Shown: one piece after another, positions 56,476 through 64,000 of the stretch
Layout of the letters: every line of letters begins with the position of its first letter
Numbering within the stretch: the first letter of the stretch is position 1
Assembly: GCA_038255915.1 (NCBI GenBank)
Contig: JBBSKY010000005.1
Span: 4,333 to 68,332 of the forward strand
Length of the DNA stretch: 64,000 bases
Direction: 5' to 3'
From: Acidimicrobiales bacterium
Lineage (GTDB): Bacteria > Actinomycetota > Acidimicrobiia > Acidimicrobiales > JAUJNH01
The notes under the pieces: generated by a model
Database searches by the model: none
What the model was told of the DNA's origin: nothing
The model's input: the letters and a program-made list of their open reading frames with translations, nothing else
Translations under genes and position numbers: made by a program

Positions 56476-58314
56476 GTGCGGGACATGGCAGGGCACGGCG
56501 AGCATCTGCGCGTCACCACACGGTTGCGGGACCCCAGGGTCGCGGCGCTCGCTCTCGGTGGCGCGCTCGGCCTCCTGCTCCTCCTCTCGGTGGCGGCCTT
56601 CGCCGCTGACCAGACGCTCCACTCCGGCAGGGTGGCCCGCGGGGTCAGCGTCGGCGGCCGCACGGTCTCCTCGGCCACCAAGCAGGAGCTGGCCGAGGTC
56701 CTGCGCGAGGTCGACCAGCGCTACGCCACCACCGAGGTGCTGGTCGCCGACGAGGAGGACGAGGGCTTCACCACCGATGCCGGCACCATCGGCCTGCGCA
56801 TCGACCCAGCCGCCACCGAGGAGCAGGTGCTGGCCGTGGGCCGCCGCGGCTCCCTGCCGTCCCGCTGGTGGTCGTGGCTGGGCTCGTTCGGCTCGGAGCG
56901 GCGGAGCGAGCTGGCCCTGTCGGTCGACCGGCCGGCGGTCGACAAGCTGGTCATCGAGAAGGGCCGCAAGGGCGAGGATCCCCCGGTCGAGCCGGCCATC
57001 CAGCTGGACCGCACGGGCAAGTTCGTCGGCGTCGCCGGCAAGGCCGGCCGGGGCATCGACTCCGGCGAGCTGGCCGACGACCTGCGCAAGGCGGCCGAGG
57101 AGGGCACCCCCATCAAGGTCAAGGCCCGCCGCGGCGGGTTGGCCCCGCGGTTCTCCAAGGCCGACGCCGACGCCCTGGCCAAGGAAGCCGAAGCGCTCGT
57201 GGCCGTCCCCCTGCCCCTGGTCGCCGAGGAGGTCGCCGGGTCGCTGTCGGTCGGCACCCTGCGGGGGCTGCTGTCCGCCGACGCCGGGGTGACCCGGCTC
57301 GAGCTGCGGGTCGACGAGGCCGAGGCCGCCGCCGCCGCCGAGAGGTCGCTGGCCAAGGCCGGATCGAAGGCCGTCGAGCCCACCTTCAAGATCGAGGCGA
57401 ACAACGTTCCCGTCCTGGTGCCGGGCGCAACGGGCCGGGGGTGCTGCGGCCCCGAGGCCGGCAAGGCCATCGCCGATGCGCTGTTCCAGCGTCCCGCCGG
57501 TCCCCTGTCGCTCAGCGTCGTCGAGTCGCAGCCAAAGGTGTCCAACGAGCAGGCCGCCGGCTTCGGGGTGAAGGAGCAGGTCTCCACCTACGCCACCAAG
57601 CACGTGTGCTGCCAGCCGAGGGTGGCCAACATCCACCGGATCGCCGAGATCGTGCGGGGCCAGGTCATCCCGCCCGGCAAGTCCTTCTCGATCAACGAGT
57701 TCGTCGGCAAGCGCACCACCGACAAGGGCTTCGTGGTCGACAAGGTGATCGAGGAGGGCCGCTTCGCCGAGGACGTGGGCGGCGGGGTCAGCCAGTTCGC
57801 CACCTCGTTGTTCAACGCCGCCTGGTTCGCCGGGATGGACTTCGGCGAGTACCAGAGCCACAGCCTGGTCATCAGCCGCTACCCGAAGGGCCGCGAGGCC
57901 ACCCTGGGCTTCCCCCACCCCGACCTGGTCATCAAGAACCCCTCGCCCTACGGGGTGATGATCTGGCCCACGTTCTCCAACACCGAGATCCGCGTCACGC
58001 TGTACTCCACCAAGTGGGTCGACGTGATGGCCAACGGCCAGGACACCGTTCCCAACGGCTCGTGCACCGTCTACCTCACCAAGCGCCAGCGCACCTTCCT
58101 CGACGGTCGGGTCGTGAACGACATCACCAAGGCCCAGTACCGGGCGGCCGAGGGGCAGAACTGCGGTGACGACGAGGCGCCCGAGGACACCACCACCACC
58201 AAGGTCGGGGCGAGCACCGCCACCACAAAGCCCGGATCGCCCACCACCAAACCGCCACCGACGACCGCCACCACCAAGAAGCCAGCGGCCCCCACCCCGA
58301 CCACGGCGGGCTAG
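56476..58314 (+). CDS. VanW-family protein with peptidoglycan-binding region
   Basis: N-terminal TM helix; RVANI, FSINEFVGKR, GGGVSQFATSLFNA, HS..ISRYP.GREAT; Thr/Pro-rich tail. Confidence 0.9.
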   Translation: MRDMAGHGEHLRVTTRLRDPRVAALALGGALGLLLLLSVAAFAADQTLHSGRVARGVSVGGRTVSSATKQELAEVLREVDQRYATTEVLVADEEDEGFTTDAGTIGLRIDPAATEEQVLAVGRRGSLPSRWWSWLGSFGSERRSELALSVDRPAVDKLVIEKGRKGEDPPVEPAIQLDRTGKFVGVAGKAGRGIDSGELADDLRKAAEEGTPIKVKARRGGLAPRFSKADADALAKEAEALVAVPLPLVAEEVAGSLSVGTLRGLLSADAGVTRLELRVDEAEAAAAAERSLAKAGSKAVEPTFKIEANNVPVLVPGATGRGCCGPEAGKAIADALFQRPAGPLSLSVVESQPKVSNEQAAGFGVKEQVSTYATKHVCCQPRVANIHRIAEIVRGQVIPPGKSFSINEFVGKRTTDKGFVVDKVIEEGRFAEDVGGGVSQFATSLFNAAWFAGMDFGEYQSHSLVISRYPKGREATLGFPHPDLVIKNPSPYGVMIWPTFSNTEIRVTLYSTKWVDVMANGQDTVPNGSCTVYLTKRQRTFLDGRVVNDITKAQYRAAEGQNCGDDEAPEDTTTTKVGASTATTKPGSPTTKPPPTTATTKKPAAPTPTTAG

Positions 58315-58352
58315 GCCCGGCGTACCCCCGGCCGGCGTGCCAGCCTGGGGCC

Positions 58353-59255
58353 ATGAAGGTGGCTATCGCAGGGAGCAGCGGGCTGATCGGCACCGGGCTG
58401 GTGCCGGCGCTCCGGTCGGAGGGCCACGAGGTGCTGCGCCTGGTGCGCCGGGCCACCGAGGAGCGAGACGAGGTGCGCTGGGACCCGGTCCGGGGCCAGC
58501 TCGACCCCGCCGACCTCGTGGGCGTCGATGCCATCGTGAACCTGGGCGGCGCCGGGATCGGCGACAAGCGGTGGACCCCCGAGCGCCGCAAGGAGGTGCT
58601 GGACAGCCGGGTCGTCCCCACCCGCCTGCTGGCCGAGACCGCGGCCAAGCTCGACCCCAAGCCCCAGGTTTTCCTGGGCGGCTCGGCGGTGGGCTGGTAC
58701 GGCTACGACACCGGCGACGCCGTCAAGACCGAGGCCGATCCCCGGGGCCACGGCTTCCTGACCGACGTGGTGGCGGCCTGGGAGCAGGCCACCCAGGCGG
58801 CCTCAGAGGCCGGGATCCGCACCGTGCTCCTGCGCACCGGCATCGTGCAGAGCACCGCCGGCGGGGCGCTGGCCAAGCAGTTGGTGCCCTTCAAGCTCGG
58901 CCTCGGGGGCCGCCTCGGCAACGGGAAGCAGTGGGTGCCCTGGATCAGCCTGGCCGACGAGGTGGGCGCCATCGAGCTCTGCCTGACCAACGACCAGCTG
59001 TCCGGCCCCGTCAACCTCACCGCCCCCGAGCCGGTGACCAACGCCGAGTTCACGCGGACCCTGGGCAAGCTGGTGCACCGCCCCACCCTGATCCCCACGC
59101 CCACGGCCGCCCTCAAGGTGCTGTTCGGTGACGACATGGTGCGCGAGATGCTGCTCGGGGGCACCCGGGCCGTGCCCACCAAGCTGCAGGACGCCGGCTT
59201 CCGCTGGCTCCACCCCACGCTCGAGGTGGCACTGGCCGACATCCTCGGGTCATGA
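58353..59255 (+). CDS. TIGR01777-family epimerase-like oxidoreductase
   Basis: GSSGLIG, NLGGAGIGDKRW, SAVGWYG, LRTGIV, GKQWVPWISL.D. Confidence 0.93.
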   Translation: MKVAIAGSSGLIGTGLVPALRSEGHEVLRLVRRATEERDEVRWDPVRGQLDPADLVGVDAIVNLGGAGIGDKRWTPERRKEVLDSRVVPTRLLAETAAKLDPKPQVFLGGSAVGWYGYDTGDAVKTEADPRGHGFLTDVVAAWEQATQAASEAGIRTVLLRTGIVQSTAGGALAKQLVPFKLGLGGRLGNGKQWVPWISLADEVGAIELCLTNDQLSGPVNLTAPEPVTNAEFTRTLGKLVHRPTLIPTPTAALKVLFGDDMVREMLLGGTRAVPTKLQDAGFRWLHPTLEVALADILGS

Positions 59256-60526
59256 CCGACGACGAGAAGCAGAGCACGCTCGACTGCGATGTCGCTGTGG
59301 TGGGGGGTGGCCCGGCGGGCAGCGCAGCGGCCATCACCCTGGCCCGGGCCGGCCGCGACGTGGTGCTGGTCGACAAGGCCGCCTTCCCCCGGGACAAGTG
59401 CTGCGGCGACGGGCTGACCACCGGCGCCCTGCGCCACCTCGAGGCGCTGGGCCTGCGGCCCGACGCCGTCGAGTCGTGGCAGCCGGTCACCCGCACCATC
59501 ATCCGCTCGCCGAGCGGCCGCACCGTCGAGCTGCCTCTGCCATCCGGCCCGGGTGCCGGCACCTTCGCGGCGGTGGCCCGCCGGGCCGACCTCGACGCCG
59601 CCCTGCTGGAGCGGGCCCGGGCCGAGGGTGTGAAGGTGCACGACGGCCATCTCCTGACCGCAGCCACCGTGCCCGCCGGTGAGCGGTGCGTGCGGCTGGC
59701 CGTCGACGGCCTGGGCACCTTGCGGGCCCGCTACGTGGTGGCCGCCGACGGCATGTGGTCGCCGCTGCGCAAGGCCCTGCTGGGCGGCGCCGGCGAGACC
59801 GAGGGCTACCTGGGCGAGTGGCACGCCTTCCGCCAGTACCTCCGCCACGGCGGCCCCGAGGCCCAGCGGGGCCTGTGGGTGTGGTTCGAGGAGGACCTGC
59901 TGCCCGGCTACGTGTGGTCGTTCCCGCTGCCCGACGGACGGCTGAACGTGGGCTACGGGGTGCAGCGGGGCTCCAAGCATTGGCCCGAGCCGCTGGGCAA
60001 GCGCATGGCCAAGCTGTGGCCCGAGCTGCTGGCCCGCCCCCACATCCGGGCCGTCCTGGGCGAGCACGCCGTTCCTGAGGCGCCCCACAAGGCGTGGCCC
60101 ATCCCGGCCCGCATCGAGCACACCACCCTCGCCGCCGCCGGCGGGAGGGCCCTTTTCGTGGGCGATGCGGCCCGGGCCACCGACCCCATGACCGGCGAGG
60201 GCATCGGCCAGGCCCTCGAGTCCGGGGTGCTGGCCGCCGACGCCATCGTGGCCGCCGGCGCCCTGCAGCCGTGGCTGGCCCAGCGCCGCTACGAGGCGTC
60301 GGTGCGTCGCTCCCTCGCCCTCGACAACCGGGTAGCCGGGTTGCTCTCCACCCACGGCGTGGCCCACCGCAAGGGCATCCGCATCGCCGTTCGCCTGGCC
60401 GACACCAACGACTGGACCCGCCGCACCTTCGGACGCTGGCTGTTCGAGGACGAGCCGCGCGGGGCGCTGCTCAGCCCCCGCCGCTGGCACCGCCGCTTCC
60501 TGCGCCGCCCCGGCGCCTACCTCTGA
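59252..60526 (+). CDS. Geranylgeranyl-reductase-family FAD oxidoreductase
   Basis: GGGPAGS, FPRDKCCGDGL, AADG, GY.WSFP, GDAA..TDPMTGEGI. Confidence 0.9.
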   Translation: MTDDEKQSTLDCDVAVVGGGPAGSAAAITLARAGRDVVLVDKAAFPRDKCCGDGLTTGALRHLEALGLRPDAVESWQPVTRTIIRSPSGRTVELPLPSGPGAGTFAAVARRADLDAALLERARAEGVKVHDGHLLTAATVPAGERCVRLAVDGLGTLRARYVVAADGMWSPLRKALLGGAGETEGYLGEWHAFRQYLRHGGPEAQRGLWVWFEEDLLPGYVWSFPLPDGRLNVGYGVQRGSKHWPEPLGKRMAKLWPELLARPHIRAVLGEHAVPEAPHKAWPIPARIEHTTLAAAGGRALFVGDAARATDPMTGEGIGQALESGVLAADAIVAAGALQPWLAQRRYEASVRRSLALDNRVAGLLSTHGVAHRKGIRIAVRLADTNDWTRRTFGRWLFEDEPRGALLSPRRWHRRFLRRPGAYL

Positions 60527-60593
60527 CACTCACCTGAACGCCGTGCGCCGGGGCGTCGGGCGGCATCGTGACCGTCCGGTACCTTCGCCCGCC

Positions 60594-61487
60594 ATGGCAG
60601 ACCTCGGGTTCGACGGGCGTGTGGCGATCATCACCGGGGCGGGCGGGGGGCTGGGATGGGAGCACGCCAAGCTGCTGGCCAGCCGCGGCGCCCTGCTGGT
60701 GATCAACGACCTCGGGGCCAGCCTCGACGGCAGCGGCGCTTCCCCCGTGGCCGAGCAGCGGGCGGCCGAGATCCGCGACCTGGGCGGCGAGGCGGTGGGC
60801 AACATCGACTCGGTGTCCACCGTCGAGGGGGGCCGGGCCATCGTCCAGACGGCGATCGACGCCTACGGCAAGGTCGACATCGTGGTCAACAACGCCGGGA
60901 TCCTGCGGGACAAGAGCTTCCACAACATGGAGCCGGCCATGGTCGACACCGTGATCGACGTCCACCTGCGGGGCGCCTTCCACGTCACCCAGCCGGCGTG
61001 GCTGCACATGCGCGAGCAGTCCTACGGCCGCATCGTGAACACCTCGTCGAACTCGGGGATCCTCGGCAACTTCGGCCAGGCCAACTACGGCGCGGCGAAG
61101 ATGGGCCTGGTCGGCTTCACCCGGGTCCTGGCGGCCGAGGGGGCCAAGCGCAACATCAAGGTCAACGCCCTGGCCCCCCTGGCCCGCACCCGCATGACCG
61201 AGGACATCCTCGGCCCCTTCGCCGAGAAGCTGGATCCCTCCCAGGTGTCCCCCGTCATGGCCTGGCTGGCCCATGAGGACTGCCCCGTGAGCGGCGAGGT
61301 GTTCTCGGCCGCCGGCGGCCGGGTGGCCCGCTTCTTCATCGGCATGACCGAGGGCTGGACCCACCCCGGCCAGCTCACCCCCGAGGAGGTGCGCGACCAC
61401 TTCGAGGAGATCCGCGACCCCGAGGGTGCCACCATCCCCGCCGGCCCCGGCGACGAGCTGGGCGCCCTGCTGAAGGCGCTGAGCTAG
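60594..61487 (+). CDS. Short-chain dehydrogenase (hydroxyacyl-CoA dehydrogenase-like)
   Basis: TGAGGGLG, NNAGILRD, GNFGQANYGAAK. Confidence 0.93.
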   Translation: MADLGFDGRVAIITGAGGGLGWEHAKLLASRGALLVINDLGASLDGSGASPVAEQRAAEIRDLGGEAVGNIDSVSTVEGGRAIVQTAIDAYGKVDIVVNNAGILRDKSFHNMEPAMVDTVIDVHLRGAFHVTQPAWLHMREQSYGRIVNTSSNSGILGNFGQANYGAAKMGLVGFTRVLAAEGAKRNIKVNALAPLARTRMTEDILGPFAEKLDPSQVSPVMAWLAHEDCPVSGEVFSAAGGRVARFFIGMTEGWTHPGQLTPEEVRDHFEEIRDPEGATIPAGPGDELGALLKALS

Positions 61488-61888
61488 TTCTTCGACATGC
61501 CCAGGGTGCGGCCGCGGGCGTGGCGGAGGGCCCACAGGATCAGGGGGATCTGGAGGGGCAGGCGGAGCCAGGCGGCGGTGGCCGAGTCGAGGGGGGCCAG
61601 GGCGCCCCGGGTGCCGCCGTCGATGGCTGCCTGCACGTTGCCGGTGAAGACGGCGACGAGGAGGACGGCCGCCCACCAGCCGCCGAAGCGGCGGGTGCGG
61701 GGGTGGGCCAGCAGGGCGGCGGCGGTCAGCTCGGCGGCTCCGGACAGGTAGGTCCACGTCCGGGCGTTGCCGAGCGCCGGTGGGATCATCTCGTCGAAGG
61801 TCCGAGGGTGGACGAAGTGCAGGGTGCCGACGCCAGCGAACATGCCGCACAGGAGCAGAAGGCTGGGGCGCTCGGGGAGGACGGCCAC
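61484..61888 (-). CDS. DoxX-like membrane protein
   Basis: GTLHFVHP..F..MIPP, YLSGAAEL, AVF.GN, RLPLQIPLI.WA. Confidence 0.85.
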   Translation of the reverse strand: MAVLPERPSLLLLCGMFAGVGTLHFVHPRTFDEMIPPALGNARTWTYLSGAAELTAAALLAHPRTRRFGGWWAAVLLVAVFTGNVQAAIDGGTRGALAPLDSATAAWLRLPLQIPLILWALRHARGRTLGMSKN

Positions 61889-62026
61889 CGGGAAAGGCTA
61901 GGCCAGGGCCCTGGTACCGGCAGCCCCCGCGCCCTCCGCTAGAACGGCGACCGTGGGCGACTGCTTGGGCGTGCGGGTGATCGATGGGCCCGCCCGCTCC
62001 GTCCGGCCTCGTCGTGGGTGGGCCGG

Positions 62027-63580
62027 ATGAGACGGTGCACCGCGGCGGCTGCTGTCGTGCTGGGGGGTGGCGCCATCGGCCTGGTGCTCGGGCGGGGGCT
62101 GGGCCTCCTCCCACGACGGTGGGCCTCGATGGCGACACCGGGAGGCGTCGGACCGGCTCAGGCGCCGGCGGCCGGCCCGGTCGTGGCCTCCCGCACCGCC
62201 CGCAACGTGGCCACGGCCCGGTTGGCGTCGACCATCGGGGCCGATGTGGCCGTCACCCGGGCCCGCAAGGCGTTCGCCGGCGCCCAGCGCCGCACCGAGC
62301 TGGACGAGGCCCTGTCGCTGCGCACCGCCGCCCAGGTGGTCGAGAGCCTGGGCAGCATGAAGGGCGCCCTGATGAAGATCGGCCAGATGGCCAGCTACCT
62401 GGACGACGGCTTGCCCGAGCCGATCCGCGACGCCCTGGCTTCGCTGCAGGCGGGGGCGCCGCCGATGACCGGGGAGCTGGCGGCCGGCTGCATCGAGCGG
62501 GAGCTGGGAGCCCGCCCCGAGGACCTCTTCCTCGAGTGGGACCCGGTGCCGCTGGCCGCCGCCTCGATCGGCCAGGTGCACCGGGCCCTGTGCATCGACC
62601 CAGCCGACGGCCTGGAGAAGGCGGTGGCGGTGAAGGTGCAGTACCCCGGCGTCGACGAGGCCATCACCGCCGACCTGGCCAACGCCGACATGCTGGGCAA
62701 CGTCCTGGGCCTGCTGTTCCGGGGCCTGGACCCCGAGCCGCTGGTCGAGGAGATCCGTGACCGGGTGGTCGAGGAGCTCGACTACGTGCTCGAGGCCGAG
62801 AACCAACGCCTCTTCGCCGACTTCTACCGAGGCCACCCGTTCATCAGCGTGCCGCGGGTCATCGACGCCTTCTCCAGCCGGCGGGTGCTGACCACCGAGC
62901 TCGCCACCGGCGCCCGCTTCGACGAGCTGCTGACCTGGCCGCAGGAGGAGAAGGACCTGGCCGCCGAGACCATCTACCGCTTCGTGTTCCGCAGCCTGTA
63001 CCGCTTCCACGCCTTCAACGGCGACCCCCACCCGGGCAACTACCTGTTCGAGCCCGGGGGCCGGGTCACCTTCCTCGACTTCGGCCTGGTGAAGCGCTTC
63101 ACCGCCGACGAGCTGGCGGTGTTCGAGCAGATGATCGACGCCGCCGTGCTGCACCCCGATCCGGCCCGCTTCCGCACGATCGTGGAGGACGTGGGCCTTC
63201 TGCGGCGGGGCGCGTCGGTGTCCACCGAGGACATCAGCGGCTACTTCGAGGCGTTCTACGCCATCGTCCGCGACCGCGAGCCGAACACCATCACCTCGGC
63301 CTACTCGAGCGACCTGGTGCGCCGGGTCTTCAACACCGACTCGCCGATCGCCCAGCACACCACCCTGCCCCGCTCGTTCGTGGTCATCCAGCGCATCAAC
63401 CTGGGCCTCTACTCTGTCCTGGCCCGACTCCACGCCACCGGCGCCTGGCGGGCCATCGCCGAGGAGCTGTGGCCCATGACCTCGGGCCCCCCCGCCACCC
63501 CCCTCGGCGAAGCCGAGGCGGCGTGGCTGGCGACACGCTCATCGCACCACGAGGATGACGTCCGAGGGACCCGGCGCTGA
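62027..63580 (+). CDS. ABC1/UbiB-family atypical kinase
   Basis: MKGALMKIGQ, AAASIGQVHRA, VAVKVQYPG, EELDY..EA, DPHPGN, LDFG. Start uncertain (62027 or 62129). Confidence 0.93.
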   Translation: MRRCTAAAAVVLGGGAIGLVLGRGLGLLPRRWASMATPGGVGPAQAPAAGPVVASRTARNVATARLASTIGADVAVTRARKAFAGAQRRTELDEALSLRTAAQVVESLGSMKGALMKIGQMASYLDDGLPEPIRDALASLQAGAPPMTGELAAGCIERELGARPEDLFLEWDPVPLAAASIGQVHRALCIDPADGLEKAVAVKVQYPGVDEAITADLANADMLGNVLGLLFRGLDPEPLVEEIRDRVVEELDYVLEAENQRLFADFYRGHPFISVPRVIDAFSSRRVLTTELATGARFDELLTWPQEEKDLAAETIYRFVFRSLYRFHAFNGDPHPGNYLFEPGGRVTFLDFGLVKRFTADELAVFEQMIDAAVLHPDPARFRTIVEDVGLLRRGASVSTEDISGYFEAFYAIVRDREPNTITSAYSSDLVRRVFNTDSPIAQHTTLPRSFVVIQRINLGLYSVLARLHATGAWRAIAEELWPMTSGPPATPLGEAEAAWLATRSSHHEDDVRGTRR

Positions 63581-63586
63581 AGCTGG

Positions 63587-64000
63587 ATGGGTCATCGCCG
63601 TGGAGATCCTCGCGTCGCTGACGTCCGCGGGCTGCTGGATCAGCACCTGCTCTTCACCCACGAGACCAGCCCGCCCGAGGACAGGCATGCGCTCGACCTC
63701 CTGGGCTTGCTGGATCCAGCCGTCACCCTGTTCAGCGCACGGACCGCTGGTGAGCTGTTGGCGATCGCTGCGCTGAAGGAGCTGGACCCGACCCATGGCG
63801 AGCTGAAGTCCATGCACACAGCCGTGGAGGTGCGGGGGCGAGGCATCGGGAGAGCGATGCTCCACCACATCCTCGGCGTGGCTCGTCAGCGGGGGCACCT
63901 CCGACTCAGCCTGGAGACCGGGTCGATGGAAGCGTTCGCTCCGGCCCGAGCGCTCTACACCAGCGCGGGCTTCAGTCTTTGCGGGCCGTTCGCCGACTAC
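63587..64000 (+). CDS. GNAT acetyltransferase (YedL-like), runs off the window end; possible 5' frameshift
   Basis: DVRGLLDQHL...SPPEDRHALD...GELKSMHT...RGRGIG...LSLETGS...ARALY...GF..CGPFADY. Confidence 0.88.
   Translation, partial: MGHRRGDPRVADVRGLLDQHLLFTHETSPPEDRHALDLLGLLDPAVTLFSARTAGELLAIAALKELDPTHGELKSMHTAVEVRGRGIGRAMLHHILGVARQRGHLRLSLETGSMEAFAPARALYTSAGFSLCGPFADY

Noticed and set aside
53409-56681. 1090-aa minus-strand ORF
   Set aside because: Shadow of pckG and the hydrolase; no recognisable domain.

Overview
High-GC actinobacterial chromosomal segment. The gene order and the rpmF-plsX-acpP-rnc block suggest class Acidimicrobiia (inference). Most of the window is a conserved minus-strand housekeeping backbone: thiL-thiD ... 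DAK2-recG ... rsmD-coaD-DUF177-rpmF-plsX-acpP-rnc-mutM-smc-ftsY-ffh-rpsP-khpA-rimM ... trmD-rplS-lepB-DUF2469-yraN-comM-dprA-whiG-M23-rpsB-tsf-pyrH-frr-cdsA-dxr-rseP ... ispG. A plus-strand metabolic block follows (pckG, hydrolase, VanW, TIGR01777, GGR-family reductase, SDR, ABC1 kinase, GNAT). Small accessory insertions interrupt the backbone: (i) a PD-(D/E)XK protein plus vapBC between rseP and ispG; (ii) a membrane Ser/Thr kinase between rimM and trmD; (iii) thioesterase, Zn-ribbon protein, lipoprotein and two tandem vapBC modules between recG and rsmD. The most interesting region is 40.4-51.2 kb, a five-gene SWIM / DUF5691 / MoxR AAA+ / DUF5682 / VWA (YehLMPQ-like) system. It is interrupted by a DoxX-HTH fusion gene and by a variable islet in which a non-canonical PIN/antitoxin-like gene pair sits between two halves of DUF222-type HNH nuclease remnants. 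Other notable signals are a CTAG-flanked palindromic element, a TGTC-N11-(T/G)AnnnT motif shared by the comM and yraN promoters, an in-frame acpP-stop-rnc junction, TA operators overlapping leaderless promoters, and several unannotated small proteins. No rRNA, tRNA, CRISPR array or intact transposase was recognised. All calls come from reading motifs by eye; no database searches were run.
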